Below are positions 9,271-19,533 of a stretch of 62,374 bases of DNA, one piece after another (position 1 is the stretch's first letter; each line of letters begins with the position of its first letter). The notes under the pieces are model-generated. The model saw nothing but the letters and a program-made list of their open reading frames with translations. It was not told where the DNA came from and made no database searches. A program made the translations under genes and the position numbers. Source of the DNA: a virus (lineage: Duplodnaviria; Caudoviricetes); the IMG/VR virus record IMGVR_UViG_3300024249_000184, positions 1 through 62,374 of that record, one strand, 5' to 3'.

Positions 9271-9768
9271 ATGAGAACAAGAACAAAAGACTCAATTAAA
9301 GCAGAAGGTTTTTTTCGCCTGAAAATCGGCGAACCTGATGCTAACGGTCGAGTTGTTAGAGTGCATGGTGATTCTGGTTTCCAGAAAAACACCGTGGTCA
9401 ACCTTGGTTTCCAGCACTACCTTGTAGAATTACTTGGTGGTATCGCTGGCTCTTCCCAGTTGACCCATGCCGCTCTTGGAACTGGCACCGCGCCTGGCGT
9501 AACCGACACTTCCCTAAACGGGGAATTGACCGATGCCGCTGGTTGCCGATGCGCTATCACCCCGACGGTGGTTGCTTCCAAGACCCTGCAATGCGCTTTC
9601 ACTTTAAACTCCAACGTTATCACTGCCAATAGGACTTTGCAGAATGTAGGGTTGTTCGCAACCTCTACCACTTCCGCTGGTTCTATGTTCGCGGCCACCA
9701 CGTATGCGACTTCCCAGTTGCAGACGAACCAAGCTGTGAATGGCACTTATCAGATTCGTTTCTCTTAG
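9271..9768 (+). CDS. virion structural protein (collar/fibre-subunit-like)
   Basis: N.VVN.G...THAALGTG...DTSL.GE...NVGLF pattern typical of phage collar/fibre proteins; followed by a strong hairpin. Confidence 0.6.
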   Translation: MRTRTKDSIKAEGFFRLKIGEPDANGRVVRVHGDSGFQKNTVVNLGFQHYLVELLGGIAGSSQLTHAALGTGTAPGVTDTSLNGELTDAAGCRCAITPTVVASKTLQCAFTLNSNVITANRTLQNVGLFATSTTSAGSMFAATTYATSQLQTNQAVNGTYQIRFS

Positions 9769-9795
9769 GCTATATTTTTAGGATAACCCTCCACC

Positions 9796-9821
9796 GAAAG
9801 GCAGACTTGCGTCTGCTTTTC
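9796..9821 (+). terminator. intrinsic terminator / stabilising hairpin
   Basis: GAAAGGCAGAC-TTGC-GTCTGCTTTTC. Confidence 0.7.
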
Positions 9822-9855
9822 AACGTGCTAATAGAAAAAATTAAATTTTAATTAT

Positions 9856-10068
9856 ATGACTTCAGCTACACGAGCCATAGTTACCAAGTTCGTAGAGGAT
9901 AGAAAGGGTCAAAGCCTTATTTTTGATCAGCAGGAATGGGATATAAGAGTCAAGCCGTATATTCCTATTGACCAACAGGCTGAGGCAGACGCTTTGGTTT
10001 ACGAGTTGTTCAATGCGGAGGGTTCTTCCGCGGGACAACAAGGTGAGGACACCGAAACGGATTCATAG
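9856..10068 (+). CDS. hypothetical protein
   Basis: ORF with an AT-rich leader. Confidence 0.55.
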   Translation: MTSATRAIVTKFVEDRKGQSLIFDQQEWDIRVKPYIPIDQQAEADALVYELFNAEGSSAGQQGEDTETDS

Positions 10069-10130
10069 ATTTCCCAATTATCCACATATAGGGCATTGCA
10101 CGATTTGTGCTTATGCCTTATACTCTGGTT

Positions 10131-10805
10131 ATGAGACATCAAGCCCAACCCGACGCCGTCAATAAAAAAATTCTCCAGAAACTTTTGAAACAAAAGAATC
10201 AAGGAGTTAAGATTGACATCGGTTGCGGTGCGAATAAAATACCTTCGTTTGTCGGTGTAGATATCCGACCCCTGCCTGGGGTTGATATCGTTGCTGACTT
10301 GGAAAAATACCCTTGGCCAATTCCTTCGGAAGTGGCCTCTTTGGTTTCGTGTTCCCATGTATTGGAACACATCAATCCCACAAAGGTTGATTCGCGCTTG
10401 ATCGGACTGGCAAAGTTATTGGTGGACAAAAAAGTTTTATCGCAAAAAGACATTAACAAATATTGCGGCGAGTTTGATTTTGAATCATCGTTTATAAGAT
10501 TCATGGACGAGGTCTGGCGCATCTTAAAGCCAGGCGGTGAGTTTATGTTCATGGTGCCTTACGCTGGCACTATCGGTTATTACCAAGACCCGACCCACAT
10601 CAACAACATCACCGAGGCCACCATTTACTATTTTGACCCATTCCACCCTGCCAACCTTTATAAGATTTACCGCCCCAAGCCGTGGGAAATTAAGCATATT
10701 TTTTGGGACACCGAGGCTATTATGGAAGTGTTGTTAATTAAGCGCCGTGAGGACGCGAGCTTTACCCAGCACGTTTCCCTTACGGAAAAGGGACTAAAAT
10801 CCTAA
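10131..10805 (+). CDS. class I SAM-dependent methyltransferase
   Basis: IDIGCG, SHVLEH, EVWRILKPGG, DPTH; start set at ATG 10131 after TATACT. Confidence 0.9.
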   Translation: MRHQAQPDAVNKKILQKLLKQKNQGVKIDIGCGANKIPSFVGVDIRPLPGVDIVADLEKYPWPIPSEVASLVSCSHVLEHINPTKVDSRLIGLAKLLVDKKVLSQKDINKYCGEFDFESSFIRFMDEVWRILKPGGEFMFMVPYAGTIGYYQDPTHINNITEATIYYFDPFHPANLYKIYRPKPWEIKHIFWDTEAIMEVLLIKRREDASFTQHVSLTEKGLKS

Positions 10806-10990
10806 TGGCAAACTTTGAGCTGACATTAAATCCCCATAAGTTTTTAAAGCGCAAGGATTTGGTGGCGATGACCGAAATGATGAAAAAGGCTTTTAAGGAC
10901 AAGCGCGTGGACACTTTTATTTTAAAATTGACCGATGACCGCAAAGCTGGCGAAAACGCCATGATGTTTCCTTTTAAAATCGTAGAATAA
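10805..10990 (+). CDS. hypothetical protein
   Basis: TAATG coupling. Confidence 0.6.
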   Translation: MANFELTLNPHKFLKRKDLVAMTEMMKKAFKDKRVDTFILKLTDDRKAGENAMMFPFKIVE

Positions 10991-10991
10991 T

Positions 10992-11867
10992 ATGCCAACA
11001 AAAAATGTTTATTTAGGTCCGACAAATATCCTTGAAAAAAATCCCAAAACATGGGAGAAGCGTATTTTAATTGGCATACCCTGCACGGGACTATTGCGGG
11101 TGGAATGGGTGAGTGCGCGATTCAGCCAAGTCATTCCCACCAACTGGTCGCACGTGGAAGTTTGGCAGATTATGTCCAGCTTTATGCCGATGGCCTACCA
11201 ACTGGCCGATGCCGAAAATTTGATTGCTAAAAATGTTGTTGAGGGCGATATTGAATGGCTGTTATTTATTGAAAGTGATAATATCATTCCGCAAAATCTT
11301 TTCCGCAAGTTGAATGAATATATGTTGTCCAAAGAATATCCCGTTGTGGGCGGACTATATTTTACCAAGTCCGAGCCGCCTGAACCGATGATTTACCGCG
11401 GTCGTGGCAATGCCTATTTTGACAAGTGGAAATTTGGCGACAAGGTTATGTGCGATGGCTTGCCGTTTGGTTGCACCTTAATCCACGGAAATATTATTCG
11501 TGAACTTTGGAAAGACAGCCCTGAATATCAAGTCATCGGGTCGGACGGACGGGCAACCGTCACCCGCCGCGTATTCAACCAGCCGCAAGAGGGTTGGCGT
11601 GATCCGATTAGCGGTCGCTATTCCAGCGCGGGCGGCACAACCGATTTGGCTTTCTGCACGCGCGTGATTGACGGCGGCTACCTCAAAAAGGCTGGTTTCC
11701 CCAAGCACGCCAAAATGAAATATCCGTTTATGGTAGATACCAGCATTTTCGTTAAGCATATTGACAATAACGGCATACAATGGCCGTTATCTATCCCATT
11801 AAAATTTGACCCAGGCGAAGCCAAGCTGGCCGAGCTGATGAAAGAGTTTTCGGGTCCGTATAAATAA
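10992..11867 (+). CDS. GT-A-fold glycosyltransferase-like protein
   Basis: ILIGIP, LLFIESD, VVGGLY, GCTLI, DLAFC, VKH. Confidence 0.8.
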   Translation: MPTKNVYLGPTNILEKNPKTWEKRILIGIPCTGLLRVEWVSARFSQVIPTNWSHVEVWQIMSSFMPMAYQLADAENLIAKNVVEGDIEWLLFIESDNIIPQNLFRKLNEYMLSKEYPVVGGLYFTKSEPPEPMIYRGRGNAYFDKWKFGDKVMCDGLPFGCTLIHGNIIRELWKDSPEYQVIGSDGRATVTRRVFNQPQEGWRDPISGRYSSAGGTTDLAFCTRVIDGGYLKKAGFPKHAKMKYPFMVDTSIFVKHIDNNGIQWPLSIPLKFDPGEAKLAELMKEFSGPYK

Positions 11868-11896
11868 ATTTGTAAAATTAGCCTTATAATAAATAT

Positions 11897-12295
11897 ATGA
11901 GTGAAATAACCCCTTTAACCGTCACATTAGAATTACCCGCCTCGGAGTTTTTAGACCACGAGGGTTCTTTGCTAGTGCGCTGTCCACATAATGGCGCATG
12001 GGTGCCGTTGAAAGATTATTACAGCGAAACCCAAGGCTCATTATTGCCTTTGGTCGGCAATGTTGATTTTGAGGAAGCGCCCGAACATTGGGAGCATACG
12101 GGCGAATTTAAGGAAATAAAAGACAGGGACGGCATCGTGGTTGATAAGGAGCCGATCATGGCAAAGGTTGCCAGACAGCCAATTGTTTGGAAAGAAACCG
12201 TCCGCGTTTTACCTAAAGTTGACGAACCCGCGCCAGAGGGCGGCACGCTTTCTTTCAGCGTTCAGGATAAGGTGGCTATGGAAGATAAGTTTTGA
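11897..12295 (+). CDS. hypothetical protein ending in one copy of the VxDxIxVxE repeat
   Basis: C-terminal LSFSVQDKVAMED; TAGCCTTATAAT promoter directly upstream. Confidence 0.7.
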   Translation: MSEITPLTVTLELPASEFLDHEGSLLVRCPHNGAWVPLKDYYSETQGSLLPLVGNVDFEEAPEHWEHTGEFKEIKDRDGIVVDKEPIMAKVARQPIVWKETVRVLPKVDEPAPEGGTLSFSVQDKVAMEDKF

Positions 12296-12328
12296 TTAAA
12301 TTCCTTCCATGCCTGTTATAATAAAGGT

Positions 12329-12553
12329 ATGGAAAATAAGATTTTAAAAATTCGCGTTCACGAAGTTATTAAAATTCATGACGAGGTTGTCATGGCGGTT
12401 TTTCATTTTTTACAGCCCAAACCGCAGTTAACTCCGACGCCTATTTTTGATTTTATTTTTGCCAATCCTGCCATTTCTTGGGCACCGTGTTTAGCGCGTT
12501 CGCCTTCAAAAACTGAATTATCATTAACCAAAAGCAAACAGCTTGTTTTTTAA
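12329..12553 (+). CDS. hypothetical protein
   Basis: TATAAT-N6-ATG; N-terminal LKIRVHEVIKIHD resembles the repeat. Confidence 0.5.
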   Translation: MENKILKIRVHEVIKIHDEVVMAVFHFLQPKPQLTPTPIFDFIFANPAISWAPCLARSPSKTELSLTKSKQLVF

Positions 12554-12571
12554 GCAGGCTGTTTTTATTTT

Positions 12572-13705
12572 ATGGCTACAAAATTTTTAGAACCAGGTGG
12601 GGACGCAACCTTCAATGTGGCCGCAACCACGAATAAAGGATTTTGGGCTACAATAGGTGGCACACCTACAATAGAAACCAGTCCTGTGCACGGTGCTCAT
12701 GTAAGATCTATCAAATATGCCGCGGCGACGAATACCTATGTGCAAACCGCTGGTGGAAGTGTTGCTGATGCTGGAAGCAGGATAAGTTTTTATATTTATA
12801 TTGTAACCCTACCGAGTGCGAGTCAAAATTTTCTTATAGTTGGTAATGGCATAGGTCAGACAATCGTTAAGGTTGTTATTACTACTGGGGGGGTCCTACA
12901 GTTGTTTGAGCAAACCAATCAAATTGGGATAAACGGCACTCATACTCTTGTCACGGGGCAATGGTATAGAATCTCTTTGGCTTATACAGTGACCTCTACC
13001 ATAGTAAATAGATTTGAATTATTTGTGGACGCGGCTTCGGACATTTCGGTAACAAACGCAACACTAACTCGCACAGGCAGTAGCATAATAATATTAGGAA
13101 ACCAAGGGATATCACAAGGGTTGGTTTTCCATTCCAGCGATCACTATATTGACGATTCTAACGCCTTGACCGACCCAGGCAATATTTGGGTTACGGCAAA
13201 ACGGCCATTTTCCAACGGGACGAGTAATAATTTTGCTACTCAAATTGGGGCTGATAGTTCAGATTATGGCACAGGTCACGCGCCTGAAGTCAACGAGCGT
13301 CCTTTAAGCACCACGAATGGTTGGGGTGGAGTATCTTCTCAAACTGAAGAATATACCATAGAGGCGGCATCGGTTGGTGATATAGGTATTTCAGGATTAA
13401 CTATTGTTGATTTTGTAGGTTGGGTATATTTCACCAGAGCGGGCGGCAATACAGCCACCTTTATTCTTGCTGGGGCGACATCTTCTTTTACCATCCCTGA
13501 CCCAGTTGCAATGATCACCAAAGTTGCTGGCTCAACAACTTATCCTGCGGGCAATACTGATATTGGCGTAACCACTCCTGCCGCAATTCCAGGCGCATTC
13601 AATCTTTTTGAATGCGGTATTATGATAGCTTTTATCGGTCCCCCTATTTTACCTCTTGATATAGGGGACAGCCTAATGACCGCGGGCTTAAAAATTATTG
13701 GCTAA
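12572..13705 (+). CDS. beta-rich virion protein with LamG/ConA-like lectin domain
   Basis: Thr/Gly-rich; GQWYRISL...ELFVD motif. Confidence 0.55.
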   Translation: MATKFLEPGGDATFNVAATTNKGFWATIGGTPTIETSPVHGAHVRSIKYAAATNTYVQTAGGSVADAGSRISFYIYIVTLPSASQNFLIVGNGIGQTIVKVVITTGGVLQLFEQTNQIGINGTHTLVTGQWYRISLAYTVTSTIVNRFELFVDAASDISVTNATLTRTGSSIIILGNQGISQGLVFHSSDHYIDDSNALTDPGNIWVTAKRPFSNGTSNNFATQIGADSSDYGTGHAPEVNERPLSTTNGWGGVSSQTEEYTIEAASVGDIGISGLTIVDFVGWVYFTRAGGNTATFILAGATSSFTIPDPVAMITKVAGSTTYPAGNTDIGVTTPAAIPGAFNLFECGIMIAFIGPPILPLDIGDSLMTAGLKIIG

Positions 13706-13707
13706 AT

Positions 13708-14253
13708 ATGGAAAAAATTTCCAAAAACGGAATCACTTATTGGACTGACCGTGGAGCCATCTATTCTGTTGACCCACCGACAGCGCATTTTAATATGTCG
13801 GCTTGGTGCATGCTTGTGCCTCCTTATAAACCCGAAAATATCTTATTTGTCGGTTGTGCAGGTAATACTGTGCCAAAATTGGTCAAAATTATTTATGGAG
13901 ATATCGCCATGACGGGAGTAGACAATCAGCCTGCCAATCCCATTGAGGGAATGAAGATTTTTGAAATGGATGCTTTGGACTTTTTAAAACAATGCACCGA
14001 TATTTTTGACTGTGTAGTAATAGATATTTTTGAGGGTGCCACGCTCCCTAGGATTGCACGTGAGCAGGAATTCGCCGATCTAATTGCCAAAGTATGTCGG
14101 CGAACCATTGTTTTACATACTGCTGGTGAAAATATTGAATTTTTCCAAAAGCATTTCTCAATATTCCATGAAAAAACAATCCATAATGTCAAAATTTTTT
14201 ATATGAAAAAATTAGATTGTCAGGACGACTTTAAAATCCCTAGCGATATATGA
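13708..14253 (+). CDS. spermidine-synthase-like SAM methyltransferase
   Basis: ILFVGCAG, GVD, DALDFL, FDCVVIDIF. Confidence 0.75.
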   Translation: MEKISKNGITYWTDRGAIYSVDPPTAHFNMSAWCMLVPPYKPENILFVGCAGNTVPKLVKIIYGDIAMTGVDNQPANPIEGMKIFEMDALDFLKQCTDIFDCVVIDIFEGATLPRIAREQEFADLIAKVCRRTIVLHTAGENIEFFQKHFSIFHEKTIHNVKIFYMKKLDCQDDFKIPSDI

Positions 14254-17200
14254 TCCACGACTTTTTACATCATGTCATAGGGTTTTTACACCATGCTCTT
14301 GTTTTTAAACATGCCGCTTTTGCCTTTGTGCCATTTTTTTGGGGAACTACGGCCGACAAACCTAGCGTCAGCGATAGTATAACGGTCTCGGAAAGCGTTA
14401 CTTTAGATATTAGGATTAATCCAAACGTCAGCGACACCGTTACCATTACTGAAAATTTATTTATCCAGATTGCTACCTCGTTTCCTAACGTTAGCGATTC
14501 TATTACGGTTTCGGAAAATGTAAGTTTAGTTATAGCCCAAGTTTTCAATGTCAGCGACGCTATTACGGTTGCGGAAAATTTGACCATTACTGAAATACTT
14601 TTACCCAATGTCAGTGATTCCATAACGGTCAGTGAATTTTTTGGCTATCCTACCGAACTTGTTGTTGTTACAGAATTTGTATCCCTCGTCATTACAGGCG
14701 GCGGCAATAGCCTAAGCGTAAACGTTAATGACAGTATAAGCATAGCCGAAAATATCCAAATGCAGGTCGTTGACTTTATTAATGTCAATGATGCTATTAC
14801 TGTTACCGACACCGACCCAGTAATTATAATTTCGGAGCCTGTTATCAGCGATTCCATCACCGTTTCCGAATTCACGAACATAGTTATAGTTTTTAATCCC
14901 AATGTCAGCGATTCCATAACGGTTTCCGAAGACATAAATGTAGCACCTTTGCTTGATGCCTTTAGCGTCAGCGACAGCATTACAGTTTCGGAAAATATCC
15001 AAATGCAGGTAGTGGATTTTATCAGCGTGTCCGATGCTATAACCGTTGATGACAGTTTTACCCAATTCCAAATTGTCTATTTCCTTTCGGTCAATGACGC
15101 CATAACCATTACGGAAAATACCACAATAACGGAAGTGCTTTTGCCGAATGTTTCGGACAGCATTACCATTACCGAAAATGTGGTATTTGATATCCGCGTC
15201 CAGCCAAATGTTAGTGATAGCATTACGGTGGCGGAGTTTGTCCAACTCCAAGTTGTTGATTTTATCTCAGTCAGCGATGCCGTTACGGTTGACGATAGTT
15301 TTGTGCAACTGCAAATCGTATATACGATTAGCGTTAATGATTCGGTCACGGTTACGGAAAATACGACCATAGAGGAAATTTACCTGCCGAATGTCAGCGA
15401 CAGTATTACCGTGGCTGAATTCGTCCAATTACAAGTGGTTGATTTTATTAGTGTTTCTGATTCGGTTACGGTCAGCGAATTTACCAATTTCAGCAACAAC
15501 CTGTCATTCTCGGTTTCCGACAGTATTACGGTTAGCGAGCAAGTGGCCATTCAGATTTTGGACTATGAGGTTGTCAGCGACACAATTTTAGTATCGGAAT
15601 TTGTCCAATTACAAATCGTTGATTTCATCTCCGTAAACGATAGTGTGACCGTTGCGGAAAACCTGAATATCCAAATTGCCTATTGCATCACGGTCAACGA
15701 TACGGTGACGGTTGACGATAGCTTTACCCAATTCCAAGTCATTGACTTTGTAAATGTCAATGACAGCATTACGGTTTCGGAATTCACTAACTTTGATATT
15801 CGGGTTCAGCCGAGCGTCTTTGACAGCGTGACGGTGGCTGAGGCCGTGCAAATGCAGATAGTCAATTTCGTAAATGTCTTTGACAGCATTACGGCCGACG
15901 ACAGCAATGCGGTGATTGAGGAAGTGGATATTATTAGCGTCAACGACAGCGTGACCGTGGCAGAAAATCTAAGCATTATAACCATTGCCGAGCCGAGCGT
16001 GAGCGATGCTATTACGGTCAGCGAAAGCGTCCAGCTTACCATAATCAGCTTCGTAAATGTTTACGATTGCGTGGTTGTTGCCTCGGGGTCGGAAGTTGTT
16101 AATGGTTGCCCGCGGCCGCCCAGCTTAGGCAGTAGCGCCTCATGGGGAACGCCAGAAAATATTTTGGTCAGCGATAACCTTTATGCCACCTCAAATGTGG
16201 ATACAGGTTCGGATTCGGGCGATTTAATCGGCACGGGCTTTGGATTCAATATCCCCAGCAATGCCATAATTGATGGTATCAAGGTTGAATGGGAGAAATT
16301 CCGCAGTCAAACGGGTCCCGCCAATAATATGGCCGATAGCGGCGCGTATTTGGTAAAAGACGGATCAACCCATGTCGGCACTAACCACGCGCAAGGCGAC
16401 TGGCCGACTGGTGACAGTTTTGTGTCTTATGGTGGCAGTTCCGACCTATGGGGGACGACATGGACGCCCGCGGAAATAAATAGCGCCAATTTTGGAGCGA
16501 CATTATCCGCCGTTTCCACCAGCACAAATTCCTACAACCTATTTGTGAATTTCGTGCGGGTGACGGTTTACTACCACTTTACCGATGTGGTCTTGATTGA
16601 GATTGTAAACTTTGTAAATGTTAATGATGCGATTACGGTTTCCGAGCAACCGAATATCATTACCGTTGACCAAATCTCCGTTAATGACAGCGTCAGCGTG
16701 GCGGAAAATGTTACCATAGAAATTTTCCAGCAGGAAGTTGCTTTTGATACCGTCACGGTTTCCGAATTTGTGCAGTTCCAGATTGTTGATTTTATCAATG
16801 TCTCCGACACCGTAACCGTTTCGGAGGATATTGCCCTCGCTTTTGACAAGCTGTTAATAAATGTTTTTGACGCCGTAACCATAACCGAAACGGCGAGCAT
16901 TAACATTGGCGGCGGTATATTCGTGTCAGACGATGTTACGGTTACTGAAAATGTCACTATCTTAATTCCGATTTTAGTGCCGTCCGTGTTTGACAGCGTA
17001 AGCGTTTCTGAAAGTGTCCAAATCCAAATTGTTAATTTTGAGGGCGTTAACGACACCATCACCGTGTCGGAATTTGTGGCGTTCCAAATTGTTGATTCAA
17101 TAAGCGTCAGCGATGCCATTACCGTGGCCGAAAATGTGCAACTGGTGATTGTGGATTTTGAGGGGGTTAACGACAGCATAACTGTTAGCGAAAATATCCA

Positions 17201-17783
17201 GCTACAAATAGTTGACTTCATTTCGGTTAACGACAGCGTCACAATTACTGAAAATGTTTCCCTAATCCTAATTACAGCAAACCCGCAAATTAGCGTGTTT
17301 GATGCGGTCACTATTTCCGAAGCGGTTTCGTTTATAGTGATGTCGTTTATAAGTGTCTCGGATTCGGTAAGCGTGGCGGAGTCTGCAACCCTCAAAATAG
17401 TAAATTCCGTTAATGTTTCTGACACCATTACCCTGTCCGAACAGGCCACCTTAGAAGTCTTGCTAAATATCTCCGTGGCTGACAGCGTGGCAGTCGCCGA
17501 ATTTACCAGCTTTAAGATTTCCGACCTGCAAATCAATGTCCACGACGACATTGTGGTTTCGGAATTCGTCCATTTTGCCTTTGCGGGCGACATGATTATC
17601 ATCGTCTCCGACAGCGTGACCGTGCAGGACATTTTCATCGGCGCGGTTGTGTTCCCGATTACCGCGGGTGAGTTCGGATTGCAATTAGGCTGGCACCAAA
17701 ACAATTATGTGCTGGTTGGTGACGGTGAGGAAAACACGCTATCTCGTCCCGATTTAAATAAAAACCTTAATTTAAAAGTATAA
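14250..17783 (+). CDS. 1177-aa repeat protein (~46 x ~21-aa V[SN]D[SA][IV]TV[SA]E) with one inserted globular domain
   Basis: Repeats counted by eye; non-repetitive beta domain at about 16080-16580. Confidence 0.85.
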   Translation: MIHDFLHHVIGFLHHALVFKHAAFAFVPFFWGTTADKPSVSDSITVSESVTLDIRINPNVSDTVTITENLFIQIATSFPNVSDSITVSENVSLVIAQVFNVSDAITVAENLTITEILLPNVSDSITVSEFFGYPTELVVVTEFVSLVITGGGNSLSVNVNDSISIAENIQMQVVDFINVNDAITVTDTDPVIIISEPVISDSITVSEFTNIVIVFNPNVSDSITVSEDINVAPLLDAFSVSDSITVSENIQMQVVDFISVSDAITVDDSFTQFQIVYFLSVNDAITITENTTITEVLLPNVSDSITITENVVFDIRVQPNVSDSITVAEFVQLQVVDFISVSDAVTVDDSFVQLQIVYTISVNDSVTVTENTTIEEIYLPNVSDSITVAEFVQLQVVDFISVSDSVTVSEFTNFSNNLSFSVSDSITVSEQVAIQILDYEVVSDTILVSEFVQLQIVDFISVNDSVTVAENLNIQIAYCITVNDTVTVDDSFTQFQVIDFVNVNDSITVSEFTNFDIRVQPSVFDSVTVAEAVQMQIVNFVNVFDSITADDSNAVIEEVDIISVNDSVTVAENLSIITIAEPSVSDAITVSESVQLTIISFVNVYDCVVVASGSEVVNGCPRPPSLGSSASWGTPENILVSDNLYATSNVDTGSDSGDLIGTGFGFNIPSNAIIDGIKVEWEKFRSQTGPANNMADSGAYLVKDGSTHVGTNHAQGDWPTGDSFVSYGGSSDLWGTTWTPAEINSANFGATLSAVSTSTNSYNLFVNFVRVTVYYHFTDVVLIEIVNFVNVNDAITVSEQPNIITVDQISVNDSVSVAENVTIEIFQQEVAFDTVTVSEFVQFQIVDFINVSDTVTVSEDIALAFDKLLINVFDAVTITETASINIGGGIFVSDDVTVTENVTILIPILVPSVFDSVSVSESVQIQIVNFEGVNDTITVSEFVAFQIVDSISVSDAITVAENVQLVIVDFEGVNDSITVSENIQLQIVDFISVNDSVTITENVSLILITANPQISVFDAVTISEAVSFIVMSFISVSDSVSVAESATLKIVNSVNVSDTITLSEQATLEVLLNISVADSVAVAEFTSFKISDLQINVHDDIVVSEFVHFAFAGDMIIIVSDSVTVQDIFIGAVVFPITAGEFGLQLGWHQNNYVLVGDGEENTLSRPDLNKNLNLKV

Positions 17784-17790
17784 TAAATGT

Positions 17791-18123
17791 ATGGAACCAA
17801 TTCTCATTACAACAGTTCAAGGTGACTTCGGCTTTGACTGGAAATTTACATTAACCGATTCGCAGAGTGTGGTGGTTGACCTGACCAACGCCACTGTGTT
17901 TTTTGACTGCCAATCGGTCAGCGACCCCGCCGTGCAATTCAACAACGCCATGAGCATTGTCAGCGCCGTAGCTGGCACTTGCAAATACACGGTAAAAAAT
18001 ACGGATTTTGTTGTTGCGGGGACATATAGCGCGCGCGTAGTGGTCAAATACGGATCGGGCGAAACCGCCAGTTTTCCGCCAGGCGGCATAACCATTGAGG
18101 TGGAACCGAGTTTACCTGTATGA
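17791..18123 (+). CDS. BppU-N/Ig-like adaptor protein
   Basis: QGD...FTLTD...DLT.ATV...G...Y...DF...G.Y pattern. Confidence 0.6.
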   Translation: MEPILITTVQGDFGFDWKFTLTDSQSVVVDLTNATVFFDCQSVSDPAVQFNNAMSIVSAVAGTCKYTVKNTDFVVAGTYSARVVVKYGSGETASFPPGGITIEVEPSLPV

Positions 18124-18455
18124 ATGACATAACCAATTACGGGTTGGGGGGAGTGGCGATTGCCCTGATCGCGTTGATTTGGAAAATTTGGCAGGATTCA
18201 GGCAAACGAAACGACAGGGTTTTGGAGGTCTTGGAAAAGGTTGCGATGTCGCAGGAAAAACAGGCAACCAGTAATCGGGAACTGGCGACTAATATCGCTA
18301 TCAATACCGAGGCCACCAAGCAAAGCACGGTTGCCGCAAAGGAGACGGCTGATGTTGCCAAGCAGACGGCAACGGCCGTGAAAGGCCACGCTGATGTTAT
18401 GACGAAAATGGTGATAAAAATTCTAAAGAACGGAAAAAAGAAAGATGCTACTTAA
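18120..18455 (+). CDS. single-TM coiled-coil protein (holin/BhlA-like)
   Basis: N-terminal YGLGGVAIALIALIW followed by a coiled coil. Confidence 0.5.
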   Translation: MNDITNYGLGGVAIALIALIWKIWQDSGKRNDRVLEVLEKVAMSQEKQATSNRELATNIAINTEATKQSTVAAKETADVAKQTATAVKGHADVMTKMVIKILKNGKKKDAT

Positions 18456-18783
18456 TTTTTTGATTTATTTAAACTCCTTTGTGTTTGTCCTAATAGTGAT
18501 TCCTCTCTTTATGTTGTCCGCCTTTTTATGGCAACACCGAAAGGAAAATGGTGCAACTCAAAATTTTCGCTGGGTAATTATGACGGTCACGGCAAGCAAA
18601 TTATTTTATTTTTTGATGGAATTGGCCGCCGCTTATTACATTTTAGACACCCATTTAGTCTTTTCTTTAAGGATTATTTTACCAATATTACTTGGCAGTT
18701 TGGTGCTTATGACCGTCAACTGGTGGGCATTTTATAAAGTTAAAGTGCTAATGAGGTCAGTTTCTAGTGAAATAAATAAATAA
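18445..18783 (+). CDS. 3-TM membrane protein
   Basis: Three hydrophobic stretches. Confidence 0.65.
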   Translation: MLLNFLIYLNSFVFVLIVIPLFMLSAFLWQHRKENGATQNFRWVIMTVTASKLFYFLMELAAAYYILDTHLVFSLRIILPILLGSLVLMTVNWWAFYKVKVLMRSVSSEINK

Positions 18784-18812
18784 AAACGGCTTTTTAGCCT
18801 TATAATTATTAT

Positions 18813-19517
18813 ATGAGTAAATTCACCGAGACATACAAAGGCATGTTAATGCCAAGCCTACCGCTTTACGGGCTGGGCGAAATCGTTTCCTACGCTGGTT
18901 TCCGCTGGGAAATCACGGGTTTTGAGCCAAATGAAAAGGAAGGGTGCTGGATTTATGACCTGAAAAAGGTTGACGGCACGGACGATACCGAATCGGGCAT
19001 TAATGAGCTTGGCCTAACCAAATCCTATTTAATGGAAAAATCCGCGGACGGAATGAGTGATGAGGAGCGGATAAAATACTACATGCAAAAATTGGGCATC
19101 GCAGGCGCGGGTCCCGTCCCCAACTCTTTACTGGCCATGCAGGACTTGGAGACCAGCAAATTTATAAAAGGCACGGATCAAAATAGTTTTGCGGTTTGGT
19201 ATTACGACAAATTCGGTTCACAAAAATGCGCGGTGTTCGGGAGTATCATTGACGCCGAGGCTTACGCCAATTTGGTAACTACGATGGGTTTCAACGATGT
19301 GAAAATTATGAAAGGCCAAGTGGAGAATACTGGCCAACAATTAAAAGAAGCGGCCGAGGACGCAGAGGACGCCGAGACCAGCGAGAAAAAAACATTAGTC
19401 CAAAATATAAAAGCCATTCAGGTTCGCCGACAAAAGGCCACGCTCGCCGCAAGGGTTAAAGAAACCACCAAATCCTTTAAACAGGCCTGGTCGAACCTTA
19501 ACAAAAAAACTAATTAA
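18813..19517 (+). CDS. putative internal head protein
   Basis: Upstream of the prohead protease; several KS/KG sites; F-x3-[WY] motif at both ends. Confidence 0.5.
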   Translation: MSKFTETYKGMLMPSLPLYGLGEIVSYAGFRWEITGFEPNEKEGCWIYDLKKVDGTDDTESGINELGLTKSYLMEKSADGMSDEERIKYYMQKLGIAGAGPVPNSLLAMQDLETSKFIKGTDQNSFAVWYYDKFGSQKCAVFGSIIDAEAYANLVTTMGFNDVKIMKGQVENTGQQLKEAAEDAEDAETSEKKTLVQNIKAIQVRRQKATLAARVKETTKSFKQAWSNLNKKTN

Positions 19518-19533
19518 CGCAGTATAAAAAAAT

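Noticed and set aside
16571-17704. 377-aa minus-strand ORF and other antisense ORFs (e.g. 3323-3901, 20598-21101)
   Set aside because: Shadow ORFs caused by codon bias of the repetitive + strand genes; no motifs.
14250-17783. Diversity-generating retroelement or DNA-level repeat array
   Set aside because: The repeats are protein-level with free synonymous variation. There is no reverse transcriptase and no adenine-specific template/variable pair.
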